A DNA stretch of 59,236 nucleotides, the filler included, from Sphacelaria rigidula (lineage: Eukaryota): NCBI GenBank assembly GCA_964200075.2. It is 7 parts of 7 records of this genome, joined end to end, with 100 filler letters (N's around TTAATTAATTAA, not from the genome) between each part and the next. Parts side by side here need not be neighbours in the genome. Positions count along the whole stretch, not along the records: positions 8,479 to 16,855 come from CAXNAA020011331.1; positions 16,956 to 25,332 come from CAXNAA020011332.1; 5 more parts are not named here. One strand, written 5' to 3'. Below the pieces are notes generated by a model. It had not been told where the DNA came from, did no database searches, and saw only the letters and a program-made list of their open reading frames with translations. Shown piece by piece: positions 12,264-25,432 of this stretch; position 1 is the stretch's first letter; each line of letters opens with the position of its first letter. Both the position numbers and the translations under genes were made by a program.

Positions 12264-12412
12264 CGGAAGTAGTTGGCCAATAGCCGTACCGACGGCGTCG
12301 CGGACTCCAGGTTATCCAACGCCCGCACAGTCTCCTCCCGAAGAGAAAAATAGAAAACCGCGTGCAAAGTGGGGCCATCCTGGTTCGATCCTTTTTTCAT
12401 CAGGTTCGGCCC
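12264..12412 (-). CDS. EDR2_C/DUF1336-domain protein, internal exon
   Basis: cag|GPNLMKKGSNQDGPTLHAVFYFSLREETVRALDNLESATPSVRLLANYF(R)|gt; ends in phase 2, compatible with the next exon. Confidence 0.75.
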
Positions 12413-14924
12413 CTGTTCCGTTTCGTCGAGTGCGGCAAGGAACGATCGTCGTTGGATACCGAAAGCGCCTTTTCACGGTACTGAACAGCACAGTGATGGG
12501 TAGGAATGGGGGCCGATTCTGGTTACAATATTTCGGGAAAGTGCGCACCGACTACTGTACGTATGGCAGAGGAGGTGAAGCCCACACGAGCCAATCAGTA
12601 TCAATCACAAGTACACGCGTCACCTCGAAATAACGACCACGATCATACAAAATGCACCATCATTATGTTACATTACACAACGACCCTGTGGCTGACGTTG
12701 CTGGACACCTGTACACAGGGTTACATTAACAGGAGGATAAAAAGTGCTGCTCGTGTTGTTGCTACGCCCCTCATGTTGCTTTACGTTGTTGGGCCGATCG
12801 CGCAACGCGGCTATCTCGGCAACGAAGCGGAGGATCGAACTGCGGTTCCTTGTGTGCGCTTCGCACACACCCAATTCAGCTCGAGACGTGAGGTTAGTGG
12901 CTTCGCGCATGATCCTAGGCCGCCGACAACCCAAATATACAAAAATCATGTGTTTACAGCTTTTGGGGTATTTTCCGGTCAGCTGTCGCCAATTGAGCAA
13001 AGTGTGTAACCTCTTGGCCTAGCTGTTGTCTGTGTCTGCGGGAGGCACGACAAAACAACAAAGCGGACTTGTTCGAAATGAGAATAATCTAGGAAACGTG
13101 AGAGCCGCGTTGTGATCAAACAGACTTGAACCAAAATTGGGGGGCGTGGGAAGGAGTTCATCTCTCGACGAGTGCAGCACTCAAGTACTCAGAGTCATGG
13201 AGTTTGCCTTCGGATCCGCGCACATTGAAATGGTGTAGCGAGCGGTTCAGGGAGGGCACGAGCAGTAACGCGCAACGAATCCGTGCATTGAATCCCCAGC
13301 ATTGGGATTTTTCTGCTTTTTCCGCGGGGATGCGCGGGCAGCACTTCAGCGCGTATCTGCTCAACCAAATTCATCACATCTTGAGTGACCGCTGAGCGCT
13401 CGTGCGCCTTAAAGATCTTACATATACGTAAAGAAATAAATGTACACTGGTGGTAGGCCACGGCTGACGCACGTGGCTGCACCGCCGCAGGTACCAACGC
13501 CACGGTTCTCGCACGCGGGGTGGTTTTGAACAAAAATGCGAAAAGCTAAAACGACGTCAACCATAATTAATAAGGACAAGGTATGAGCAAATAAGGGCTT
13601 CCAGCCCCACGGATAACATGATGAGCGTTATTGTACACACACGGCCTTTTGGCTACCCCCAAAATTACTCCAGGGCGGTCAACTTTTCGAGCCTCTGGAA
13701 GAATTGAACGCTTCCGGAGGCGTTCTTGCCTCCGGAGGGCCACGCATCCCTCCGGAGGCATTTTGCTACCCGAAAATTCCTCCGAAGGGGTGCGCGGCCC
13801 TTCAGGGTGGTAGTGTTCGGTTTTCTCCACAGGGATTGAAGGCCCCCGGAGGCTTGTTATGCCTTTGGAGGGCCGCGCATCCTCTCAGTCGTCGTCATCC
13901 CCTCCTGACGAAGGGTACGATCCCGATTGATCGTAAAAGAAGTGACAGAGTCAAGAGCGAATAATGGGAAAAAAACGAATGCCAAAAAACCACGGTGTTT
14001 GCTAAACCGAATACCAAGAAAATCACGGTGTTTGCGAAACACCACCCGTCATAGTGAAGGAAAATCGCTCATGTAGGGACAGCGCGATGCGGGCTGCGAA
14101 GTCTGTGGGCAATATGTGCGGTGGGGAACAATCGGTGAGGATTTTCGTATTGGATTTACGGTCCGTCGTGACAGCGGATAGCGAAGGTGGACTCATATTT
14201 TTGCCTCTCGTGTGCGTGGGGTGCTGTCGGCGTATGATACACTTGAACCGTCACCGCGAACAATGTATGTCACGTTCTCTATGAACAGAAAACAGTGATA
14301 TGCCCCGTATAATTGCTGTGTCCGATAACACCGCCGCGACATGGGAGGCTTCCTCCCGACCCGCCTACAAATAGCTGCCTACCTGTACTTGTTTATAGTG
14401 GTACAGTGGGTTGTTGCCGTTGTGTTTCACAACAACAGTACTGCCGTAGGTGGCTGGACTTCGGGCGGAGCGGTGACCAGTACAACAGTACAGTCACTAC
14501 AGCATAGTGCCGACATAGGTGACCATAAAAGTGACTTTTGAACTTCGTGGGAGCACGGCTGATTATTCCGCAGTCGGCGCATGGTCTGGAGATAACAACG
14601 TGAATGAACGACACTATATCTTCACAAGCTAGGCAGAGCAAACACGCAGAGACATCCACAGCACAACTGCAACAAACAGAAGCGCATTTTACAGTCACCA
14701 TGATGATGTCTGTTCCAGCAAACACGACGCCGTCGACGTTGGGTTTAGTGCACAGCTGTGTACACAAGCACATGTAGCTGGTGTTCTTTTTTTATAGGTG
14801 TGGTTGTAGTTCTTTGGAGAGGCAAGCAGAACACGCGAACCGGCTCCGTGAGGGGTAATGCCGCCGCAAGCCACAAACTGAATATTTGAACAGATGTCAA
14901 ATAAAAAGTTCAAAATTGTAATAC

Positions 14925-15199
14925 AGTTCAATACTGAATTAAATATTGAATTTATACAGTGTAGAGGTTGAACATACAACAGTGCCGTCCACGCTGTGGA
15001 CAGGACAGCGATTGTGCAGGGCAGGGACTGAACAATGAAGTACTGCTGTGGTAAGTTTGCTGTGGCTGGTGCTCTTTTGCAATCGCTCTCCACTCTTGGG
15101 CGTTGTGTGAGAAAAAATCCCAGATCGCTCTGAGACTCGAGCCCACGACCCAACCGTCACAAGATTTCGAGGATACCAACTGAGCCACCGGGGCGACCG
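14925..15199 (-). mobile_element. tRNA-derived SINE
   Basis: A box TGGCTCAGTTGG, B-box-like GGCTCGAGTC, degenerate TTCAAT-type tail; head related to 33595-33690. Confidence 0.6.
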
Positions 15200-15334
15200 G
15201 TTTTATGAAGATAGCACCTGTGGGTGTGGTATTCTTACGCGTAATCATATGTCCGTGTGTAAGTTCAGCTTTGAATCTTTCAATAGCCATCAAAAGAAAT
15301 TACAGTTTGCAATTCTGTACTGTCGTTGTGTAGT

Positions 15335-16145
15335 CCAACTGCAGACTGTAAAGCTACTCAACCGATAATATTCGCAATACTACTACTGTGATATCTGTAA
15401 GGTGGGTATTTTGAACTAGAGGCACCCTCAAACGCTGTGCTGATACATGGGTCTTCCTACGAAAACCTCGGTTCATGACAATACATTTGCAGAGCTACTT
15501 CCCCCATAGTACACCGTGCGACCGAACTCTTCGACACGTGGGAAAAGTCGGGGTTACATGGTGATGGCATGGTGCAAGGCTGCATCTATGTGGGTATCGT
15601 TTTTTTAGCAAGCAGCTGTTCGGTTGCCAGTGCAACTGTAGAGGTACTCAACCGATAATATACGCCATGATAATGTGGTGTCTGTAAGGTGTGTTCTGAA
15701 CTGGAGGCACCCTCAACGCCCTGGGCTGATACATGGGTCTTGCTAGGAAAAGCTGGGTTCAAGATGGTACAATTTCAGAGCGACTTTCCCCACAGTGTAC
15801 CGTGCGACTAAACTCTTCGACATGTGGGGAGAGATGGGTTTGCATGGTGATATCATGCTAGTTTGCTCCGAAGCTGTGCATCTATGTGGGTGTCGTTGTT
15901 TTTAGCAAGCAGTTATTCGGTTACCAGTGCAACTGCAGAGCTACTCAACAACCGAAACTTCGAATAAGCTACTGTGCTGTCTGTAAGGCGGGTGTTTTGA
16001 ACTGGAGGCGCCCTCCAGGCGCTGTGCTGATACATGGGTCTTACTAGCATTTGAGATGGCTGTACATTTGCGGAGCCACTTCCCTCATAGTATACCGTGC
16101 GACAAATTTCTTGAACATGTGGGAAAAGACGGGGTACGGATTATG
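15335..16145. repeat. Diverged tandem repeat, ~295-bp unit, ~2.7 copies
   Basis: TACTCAAC, CTGTAAGG, GCTGATACATGGGTCTT and CCGTGCGAC each recur at ~290-310 bp spacing. Confidence 0.9.
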
Positions 16146-16629
16146 TTTCATCCTGCTTGTGCGGGGCGATCGAGAAGAGTTGACAGTTTTCTTCTCTTAA
16201 ATCCGAGCGTCTGGGGTAAAATACGGTTTCGAAAAGGATTATTTTTATCTGGATAAAGTATGGTAAAACCGGACACCACCGATTCGGTTGCAGTATACAG
16301 CGGACTGACATTACGCTAATAATAAATAGGATAAATAGGATACGATACGAGCCAGGCCAGCAGTAAATCCCGCAGTCGCTTCCCCCACCACAACTTCTAG
16401 AGTTCCCCAAATCAGCGCGACTTGAGCATATCGTTGTGAACTGTAGACCAACCTGGTAACACACGACTCCGCTGCTGGTCGATTGGCGTAGTACCGGCGA
16501 TGATGCTATTGCACTGCATTGAGTACCGGGTACATCTCCTGTCATTGCGTGATAGCTTGTCTTGAGACCTTTCGTTTCGCAAAGTGCGGTGGAATTGCGA
16601 TAGACAGTTACTCCGCATAGGCACACCTA

Positions 16630-16720
16630 TCGCTGACTGTTAGCTCAGTGGATATGTTGTACACCTAACAAAAGTACAACCGGGGTCCGATCCCTCCGAG
16701 GACCATCTTGACGCCTTTTT
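16630..16720 (+). mobile_element. tRNA-like SINE head
   Basis: TAGCTCAGTGG A box, GGTCCGATCC B-box-like motif, T run; no intact cloverleaf. Confidence 0.4.
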
Positions 16721-16855
16721 CTGCAGAATGGACAATCTGAGAAAAAGTCTGGGATACACACCTGAAATGCATGGTACACATCACCAGTCGTCAAAATGAA
16801 GACACATATTCCCGCCTGTAAGCCGACGAACCGCTTGGGGCAGCGCTGATTAGAG

Positions 16856-16955
16856 NNNNNNNNNNNNNNNNNNNNNNNNNNNNNNNNNNNNNNNNNNNNT
16901 TAATTAATTAANNNNNNNNNNNNNNNNNNNNNNNNNNNNNNNNNNNNNNNNNNNN
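16856..16955. other. Artificial contig-joining spacer
   Basis: 44N + TTAATTAATTAA + 44N. Confidence 0.98.
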
Positions 16956-18355
16956 GAGTTCCTTCGGCATCAGGACGGCAGTCTCCCCCGTAGGTCTTTA
17001 ACTACTCCAGCGATACGCCTTCCTTACAACATAGTTCATATCCTATGACCCAAATCGTCATTTGTAGGTGACGCTTGTATTTTCCGTTGATACTGTCTGT
17101 ACGAGCTGGTTCAGATTGAACGCCCAAAATTCATTCCTCGGGATTTCCTCACGCCGCTTTTTCGAGTTAGACCACCAATATTTGCACACATGTTCTTCAG
17201 GGCACTATCTACAACTTAAAGGCCGTTTCTTTTCTTTTTTTGGTGTCGAGATAGTCGGGATCTGATCCCTCCCCCGGTCAAGTAGGGCAACCGCGACCTT
17301 GGATAAAAAGCCACCATATTTTTTTTTTTCAAAAACCCCGGTCTTCGAGTTTCAGATAGTGCCCTCCAGAACATGTGTGCAAATTTTCGTGGTGTAATTC
17401 GAAAAAGCGGCGTGAAGAAATGCCAAAACGTGCGCTGAAGTATAAAGAAGTCGCTAATTACTTGATTCAAGTACAGAATCGCTATTTTTGGGGGTTGTTT
17501 ATACGGGAAAAGACCCAGCCGACTCAGTTGTTTCGATTTGTGCAACAAAAGTTGATACCTATGTATCTTGGGATACCACCTAACCATCAGATGTAAAAAA
17601 ATTGGTTTTGGGGCATTCTGTACCGGTTCTCTGGGGTGTTTATGCTGGGATCCCCGGAAGCCGGTAGAGAACGGAGGAACTTTGAAATCTTGCCAAAAAA
17701 TATCATTTTTTCATTTGAAGCATCAATACCTACGGAACTGCCAAGTTTGAGGATGATCTGAGCTTTTCTCCAACAGATAAAAGGGAAATCGTCTCGAGGC
17801 TCCATGGGTCTTCCGTACGTATCATGAGTGGAAATTAGACGACGCCAAAGCTCCACAACACCGAAACATCACAGTTTTGGGAAAACTTCGACCCCGTTGG
17901 AACCGTTTTCAAATCTGTTTCTCCCGTTAGATTCTCAAGCTAATGACGGTTACTACGACTTGAACCGTGTGGGGATTCGGTGGAAATTGGGCTTGGAATT
18001 CGTGTTTTCAATTTCGGGACAATTTGAAAGGCGCCGATTTGACGAGAAATATTTTTGTCCATAGCGCCACCGCAATAGCCTAAACACAAATCCGGCTATG
18101 TCACCCTTTTCGTTTATTCGTTGCGGTCAGTATGATGCCACATTTGTGCATATTGGCTGGGTATTGCGTTCGTCATGAGCCGGGGAATAAATTTTGGGTA
18201 TTCAATCCGAACCAGCGTGTATGACTCGTTGGATTACCGGCCACTTCTGACGCATGAAGCGCTCAGCTTGCACTTTCCATGAATATAGTACCAAAAATCT
18301 GCAATTCCTACTACCCATAACTGTACACTCTAATTTTTGGCCAAGAACGAAAATG

Positions 18356-18440
18356 TTGTAATGCGTGAGAGGACCGCATGCTTGGAGGACCGCGTCGGAA
18401 GTTGAATATCCCTATGGTTGGGGTTAGGTTTAGGGTTAGT
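18356..18440 (-). mobile_element. Truncated copy of the telomere-repeat MITE
   Basis: TGTAATGCGTGAGAGGACCGCATGCTTG...ATCCCTA..GGTTAGGTTTAGGGTTAG is the reverse complement of ~4535-4618. Confidence 0.8.
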
Positions 18441-21199
18441 AGACCTTGACTGTCGGCGGTTGATGGCGTGGGTCTCAAATGCAACGACAAGTACTTGATC
18501 GTAGAGCACTCTCGTACCAGCTTGTAATGCATGATCTCCTCACATCGGAATAATTCTGGGAAGCTAGTCGCACTGTACCGAGATGTTCACGCGACCAGCG
18601 TGTGCTCCAGATTACAGCATGGACGGACTCCTATGCGCCACACTAGCAACAGTCAGATCACCACCATAGGTATCTTTTTTCACTCCGCATGTCAAAACGG
18701 TCTCTACAAGTGTTTGATCTCTCGTACACTCCCCTCAACTGGCGTGTGGCACGCTGTTCTCGTCGGGTACTCAGAGGTTCAGATGTGGGTAAAATCAACG
18801 GTGAATAGCACCCTCCAAGTTCAAATCGAATCCATTCGTTATGGCCGCACCACCGTCCTTGCTGGCATATGTATGACAGAGAACAGTAGTAGCGGTGACG
18901 GGAACATTGCCCTATTTTTCAACGACATGTTTTTCAGTGCACAGAGGCGCGTCCTGTCCGAAAGGAGAGGCAGAGAAAAATCCACCTTCGCATTGGTGAG
19001 CTCGACAGGCAGTTATAACAGGAGAGGAAATCTCTCCGCAGCTCGATGTTTCGGCACATCGAAAAATTGGGCACATGCTGGTAACATCGATCATGCCAGT
19101 CTCTCGAGAGTTTGGTAATCGCCGAGCGAGGACACACCAAGGACACGGGCGAGGAGCTTCCTCTCTGGTGATATCGTCATCGACACGCGTGTACACCGCA
19201 TTCGTTAGGTTCACCTAGCCACAGCTGCTCAACTGCTGCGTACATTTATGGGGGAAGATGGCTTCGCTCGGTCGGAAGTGTTTCGCGTCTTCCCTGCAAG
19301 AGAGAAATTCCACTTCAACCCCATATTATGTATGAACCCCATTTTCTAGAATCCACTGTTACTACATGTATGCACAAGAGCACACGATAGTGACAGCCTG
19401 TAGACAAAGTAGCAGCATTATCTCACGCCCACCCAAACTTGCCCGGACTTCTGGTAGGTACTCGAGGCACACGATACGAAACATGATCCAATGAATGTAA
19501 TCGTGGTAAGTGATGAGTTTGGGGCGGCGTACTCAGTTGTTGCTCACCCCAGTCGTTTGAGCATCGACCACGCATCTTTTTCGAGACGGAGCACGTGATG
19601 AGCTTGGGGCGGCGGCGTGTCTGCCATCTCAGCGGTCTCCATGCCAAGGATCTCTGTACACGTCTTCTGACCGCATCCGCCAACGCCTCGGCTACAAACT
19701 AGGGGACAGCAGGCTGGGTGTCCCCCCCCGTTAAAAACTCGATTTTTTTTCTTTATCTTGGGGCCTACGTGTCTCGAAATCTCTTTTTCGACAGACCCCT
19801 GCTGTACCCTGGAAAAATCCGGAGTGCCTCGTGGAATCCTCGTGTCACTGGTGTAGCCATTGTGAAACTGACGTGACCTACGTTGGACGGTAGCGAACGT
19901 CAAGGCTTGGCGATAAATTCCCTTTCTATGTAGGCAAGGATTCACCGTAGTCTAGGGGTCAGGCGGTTGGTTGAATGACTGAGCACCCGATAGGAGCAGA
20001 TGTAGAGTGATTCCCGGGGGGGTCTCGACGGTGGCGTTCTAGGTTGAGCTCTTTCTACCGACATGTTTTTGCCTAGGGTCCCAGAGTCGGCTGTACAGGT
20101 ATGAGATTTTCGGGCGTCTCGAACAACCCCACAGTTGGTACTGCTCCTGTAACGGCTTCGTCTGGTTTACACGTGATGGGAGAAATTTCTCCTCACAAAC
20201 AATATAGAAACCTCCACACTGAAGATGTTTTCCATTCGCAAAAAAAAGGGGGCGGAAGCAGCGAATCGGTCGCACGTGTTCCCAAGAAGAGCTCTGTATG
20301 CTAAATATCACTTCTTGGCCTTGACTATTCCATCCAACTCTCCTAGCTCGGAATCTCGCGTGGCTTGTGTCGCCCTCCTGGCTGTGCTGTCCTAGTCGTA
20401 GTCGGGTTGGGGGGTGATTCGATACCATGATTTCAGTTCCACGAAGCCTTTGGGGAACATCTTCGCGGCGTCTGATGACGATACCTGCGTAGTGTGGTGT
20501 GGCGTGATGGGAAGAAGCGACGCGGGCAACATGAACAGGTGATACTCTCATCTTATCGAAGTCGAACCACAGATCTGTTCACTTTTAATCATGTGTGTGC
20601 TGGTGGGGTCCATGCCCGAGCTGAGGCTCGACAAGATGAGATGATAACACATGAGCAAAGCCCGGTCGACTCTTCTCGTGTCTCGACCCTGATTTCCCGA
20701 TATTTACTGCACACCTTGATATACCTCTGGTGTTTTAAAAAAAGAGGGTCAAGCTCGGAGCAACGATTCTCCCAATGCCTCAAATAAGTCGAGTTTAGGA
20801 ACAGTTTTGGCTGACAGTTCAGGACTATTCAGGTCTATGAGTCAAGATGTTTACGAAGGAGTAGAATGAAGGGTCGAGTTCATCTCACGCAAAAGCTTGA
20901 GTACCCTTCGCCCGTGGGTGCGACCGACGGATCATACCGCCTCCACCAGCGGGGTGACTCGGAAACATTGCAGAACTAATACCGACCAACGACTTTTCCT
21001 CACCTACTTGATGTCCCTCAGTCGCACGGATACTTCGTACTCCTTGCACCGCCTGGGTGGTTCATCTGTTGGATCGACATTGCTGTGGAAAGCTTAATGT
21101 GGAACCCAGATCGCCCACCCTGGCGGTCGAAGGGTTGACAGCGCTCATCGACTCTGCACGCCCACAACGGTGAGAACAATTCGCTCCAAACAGCGTTTT

Positions 21200-23460
21200 C
21201 GCCAGATTGAGAGTCTAGCGTTGATTGAGAGTGGGCTTCACGGTTCGCTCTAGCTTGATCAACTTTTGACGTCTGTACGTTTGCTTGTAACAATGTCGTG
21301 TCCTTACAGCTACACGACGGGATCTTACTCGGGGATATCGGAGGCTTCAGTGGCAAGCTACTTCTACAGAATGCGTATAAGGCCTCGTGTGAGGGCTGGA
21401 GGGGAATTTCGGAACTGAAACTGTTTCAGACATGAATGGACCATTTATGGAAATCTGAAGTTTCATGTTTCTACTGATTCGCGAGACCAACGCAATCAAG
21501 CTGTAGAGTGGATTCATCGCACGGGTAAGGGGCTTTATTCGAGTCGCCCTCTCGCCTGGCTCGGCGAAGTATGATTGATTGATTGATTGATTGATTGTCG
21601 CATTTTACCTGACCCCCCAGGGGTCCAGCCGTGGTCTCATGATGGACGTACGTACCCAACAAAAACGAAACCGAAAACAAGCTCTGAAGAAAAGAAGGAA
21701 CAGGGAAAAAAAAAGAAAGGTCGAACAGAACGACAGAGCAGACCAAGTCCTAACAGTACAAAAAGTAATAAAAAACTCAACACAAGCAAAGCACAGAAAG
21801 AAATGGCCTACCTGGGAAAAAGAAAAAGAAAAAAGGTATAGATCAAGAAAGACCAGTCGATGAGTGAGGGAGGAATTTCTATTCTTCAAGTTCGCACTCA
21901 ATCAAAAGCTAGACTCTCAATCTGACAATAAAAAACGGTTTTCAGTGGTGTGCGTGCAGAGTTGACGAAAACCGCTAAAGATCGAGTATCTACCACGCCA
22001 TCGAGGAGGGTGGGATCGAAGTAAGCAATTGGTCACCGAAGATATGAGAGCTTGTGCGTCTCATCGCTTGTAGCAACCTTATCGGCAGGTCGAGAGTCTA
22101 GCGCCGATTGAGAGTGAATTTTTTCACGAGTCGCTCTAACTTGACCAACTTTCTTCATGTTGTATACGCGTTGTGTGTGTGTGTGTGTGTTTTGTCTGAA
22201 AACAATGTCGTGTGCTCACAGCTACACGACGAGATCCTACTCGGGGATACCAGACGCTTCAATGGCAAGCTATTTCAGAAAGCGTACAGGGCCTCGTGCA
22301 AGGCTTGGAGGGGCATTTCGGAACTGAAAACTGTTTCAGGCATGAATCGGCCAATTTCGGAAATCTGGAGTTCTATGTTTCGGGTGATTCACAAGGCTAA
22401 CGCAATCAAAATATTCATCGGATTCATCGCATGACTAAGAGCTTTGATACGCCCTGCTCCTCGCCTAGCTCGGTGAATTACTCTCTAAGAAACCCCAGTC
22501 GGTAAGTGGATGAGGATTTCCTGTTCTTTGGGCTGCCAGTCTCAATCAAACGTGAGACTGGGAACCCAAAGAATAGGAAATCCTCATCCCCTCATCAACT
22601 GGGGTTTCTTGGGGAGTAATTCACCGAGCCAGGCGAGGAGCCGCCGGACGAATGAAAGCTCTTAGTCGTGCGATGAATCCGATGTATACGTTAATTGCAT
22701 TGGCCTTGTAAACCACCAGAAATCTAGAACTCCATATTTCAACTCTTAATCTGACGAAAACCCTGTTTCTAATGGTTTGTTCTAACTTGACCAATTTTTC
22801 TTCACGTTAGGCAAGTGTGTGTGTGTGTGTTTGCCCGTAGTAATGCCGTGTGCTTGCAGCTGCACTTCGATATCCTATTTACGGATGTCAGAGGCTTCTG
22901 TGACAAGGTGCTACAGAATGCGTGTACGGCCTCATATAAGACCTGGAGGAGTATGTCGGCAGTGTAACTATTTCAGGCATTAGTCGACCATTTCTGGAGT
23001 TTCTAGCTTTTTGCCGATTGACGAGGCCGATGCAATGATAATGATAGTATACATTGGATTCATCCAACGGCGAAGGAGTCTCATTAACGAGGCGTTTCTT
23101 TCAGAATTTTTCAACTTTTGCCGGAAAACACAGTCCTGACTTCCTCGAGAAACAAAGTGCTGAAAACAACCCCGACGCTAAATTTCCGGTAAATGTGTAA
23201 TCAGTCTTGAATCGATCTATCTGTCTGACCTGGTCAACAAATCTGCTCTTACGTTTCTTGGAGAAAGAAAAAGTTGTTTTTTCGGGAAAATTCGGAGATT
23301 TAGGTACGAAAAAAAACAAATCCGTAAAAGAACACCTCTAAGAGCTTTCATTCGAGCCTCTCCTTCATTGTCTCGGTGAAATATTCCCCAAGGAACACCG
23401 ATCTACCAATGGATTGGGATTTCCGATTCTCTAGTTTCTTATTCTCAATCAAATACTTGT
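21200..23460. repeat. Array of diverged ~450-bp units with one inverted segment
   Basis: Unit (GAGTCTAGCG..CAGCTACACGAC..GGAACTGAAA..GGATTCATC..CTCAATCAAA) starts at ~21210, ~22090 and ~22780, with a partial copy at ~23340 and an inverted copy at 22553-22740. Confidence 0.85.
21572..21860 (-). mobile_element. 3' end of a non-LTR retroelement with (CAAT)n tail
   Basis: CTGGACCCCTGGGGG..AAATGCGACAATCAATCAATC on minus; the same end occurs on plus at ~57545-57640. Confidence 0.65.
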
Positions 23461-23909
23461 CCCTCAATTTGTTGAACACGTTGTATTGTTGGTAACAATT
23501 TTAGGTGAAGGAAATCGCTGTTTCGAGGTTGAACCTAGTTTTTGAACACACTCATTCGGAGAGGTCATCATGGATCTATACTCACGCTGGGATCAATGAG
23601 CACATCCTCTCCCTCTTTCCAATTCGCCGGCATCCCCACCCTGTGAAAGGTCGCCTGCTGTATAGCGTCGATTGCTCTCAAAGTCTGTAGGCGGTGGCGG
23701 AAATGTAGTAAATATCACGAAGGTTGACTGTTTCAATGACTACAACAGATTGCAGTCACAGTAGTAAATCAGGGGCTCATACACGATCTTGTGCCCTGAC
23801 CGTTAAACCGAGACTGTCATCTCTCGGCTGTCGACGAGAACTTGGCCTGGCTGCTTTATGGTAAGACCTCCGCCTTGAGAGGGAACTTGCGACACAAATA
23901 TTGAATCAA

Positions 23910-24120
23910 ATAATAAAAAGTTTCAGAAAACCCTTTTTTGTCATTTCAGAGTGCAGATATCTCAGGATCAGAGTATGACGAAACATTATTTCCCCCTCCG
24001 TCAAGTGTGGTATCCCCTTAACTTTCTTTCGTTGGGGTGTTTCGATTTATTTTGCTCTCTGATCCTGAGATATTTGCACTCTGAAATGACAGAAGAATGT
24101 TTTCCGAAACTCTTTAATAT
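23910..24120. mobile_element. MITE/foldback with ~65-bp TIRs
   Basis: TGTCATTTCAGAGTGCAGATATCTCAGGATCAGAG inverted as CTCTGATCCTGAGATATTTGCACTCTGAAATGACA. Confidence 0.8.
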
Positions 24121-24739
24121 AGGTCTTCTGTCGCTGCTGCTGAAGCGCTAGCTCATCGACGGAGCACTACACGTGAGCATGAAGATTCTTGTTCAACCTA
24201 CGCTGTGAGGTAATTTTTTCATACTAGAAACAACTACTCAACTCCATGCATGATATGACGTACTTCGCGACTCATATACAAGTGTACATGAGATCGCATG
24301 ATGAAACAACAATACGTTGCTGGTTACCCACCAATTCTGTCGGTACTGTAGTAACAAACTGTAACTGATATATTATGTTTGTTTGTTTGTTTGTTTGTTT
24401 GTTTGTTTGTTTGGTGAATGTGCTGACGTATCAGGTGCATCGCTAGACAGGGAATGTGCGCAAGTTTGCCGAACCCAGCTTCTTAGGAACACCAGAAAGG
24501 TGGACAAGCAAGGGAGAACCTTTGCGACGTACTCGGGTGTGGGCAGCTGATCTTGTGATGTTTTGCCCTGCAACATCGACCACGGCTGGATCCCTGAGGG
24601 ATAACTCAAAGTGCGACGATCAATCAAGTCAAACAAAAACATCCGTGGTCTGCAACCTCTCATACATGCTTCGATATCATACCGGTGCAATGCACCAAAG
24701 TCATTCGCATCCGCGCTATCTGTTTCCGCGTGAGACCCA

Positions 24740-25150
24740 CCTCGTAGTAGTTCTGCCCCACCGTACAGGGATACTGCGAGATAAGCTGCACTCGCATGTC
24801 CAAGTCGATCACGAATAACGTCGTCTGCAAGCCCATGCAATGAATCGGAATGACACCCACACCACATGGGAACGGGGAGTCAAGGACCCTGAGCACCACA
24901 TACGTTGAAGAGTACATCACCAGAAATCCGTGGCTGTCGCGAATCAATTAATCGTCCACTCTCAAACCTTGGAATAAGTTCAAGCGCCAGATAGGTGTAT
25001 TTCGAGCCCTTTCGACAGGGAGTTGCAACATTTCTCTTAGGAGCCATACCGCCTTCGCCCCCCGTCCCACCCTGCACAAAATCTGGATTTGCCACTGTTG
25101 TTTTCAACCCAAATGAGGATTTCTCACAGCCCAGGTAGTGCCCAGGCATC
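24740..25150 (-). pseudogene. Possible decayed tyrosine recombinase fragment
   Basis: LTPRS/(fs)MWCGCHSDSLHGLADDVIRDRLGHASA/(fs)LISQY resembles YR box II; needs two frameshifts. Confidence 0.3.
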
Positions 25151-25332
25151 CTTTACCTTTCCCTATTTGAATCAGAACCTGGTACAAGTGCGATATCGTG
25201 AGACACGACAGTGTAATGCTTTGTCGCCTCACCCCCGCCCCCTCGCCTAGCCTGGTCCGGCGAGAAGCCGGCGTGCTCCGTCCCGGCTTTGTTGGGGCGG
25301 ACGCCTGATGGGGTTGGCGTCGGTTGGCGATG

Positions 25333-25432
25333 NNNNNNNNNNNNNNNNNNNNNNNNNNNNNNNNNNNNNNNNNNNNTTAATTAATTAANNNNNNNNNNNN
25401 NNNNNNNNNNNNNNNNNNNNNNNNNNNNNNNN
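25333..25432. other. Artificial contig-joining spacer
   Basis: 44N + TTAATTAATTAA + 44N. Confidence 0.98.

Noticed and set aside
13158-13370. Upstream EDR2 exon (HHFNVRGS resembles the F.VRG motif)
   Set aside because: The following Y..DK.K motif is absent and no compatible donor was found
13445-14056. CACTA element (TAGTG end, repeated CACGGTGTTTGC)
   Set aside because: No matching left TIR or TSD
15335-16145. CRISPR-like array
   Set aside because: Whole ~295-bp units are homologous, with no unique spacers and no cas genes; the context is eukaryotic
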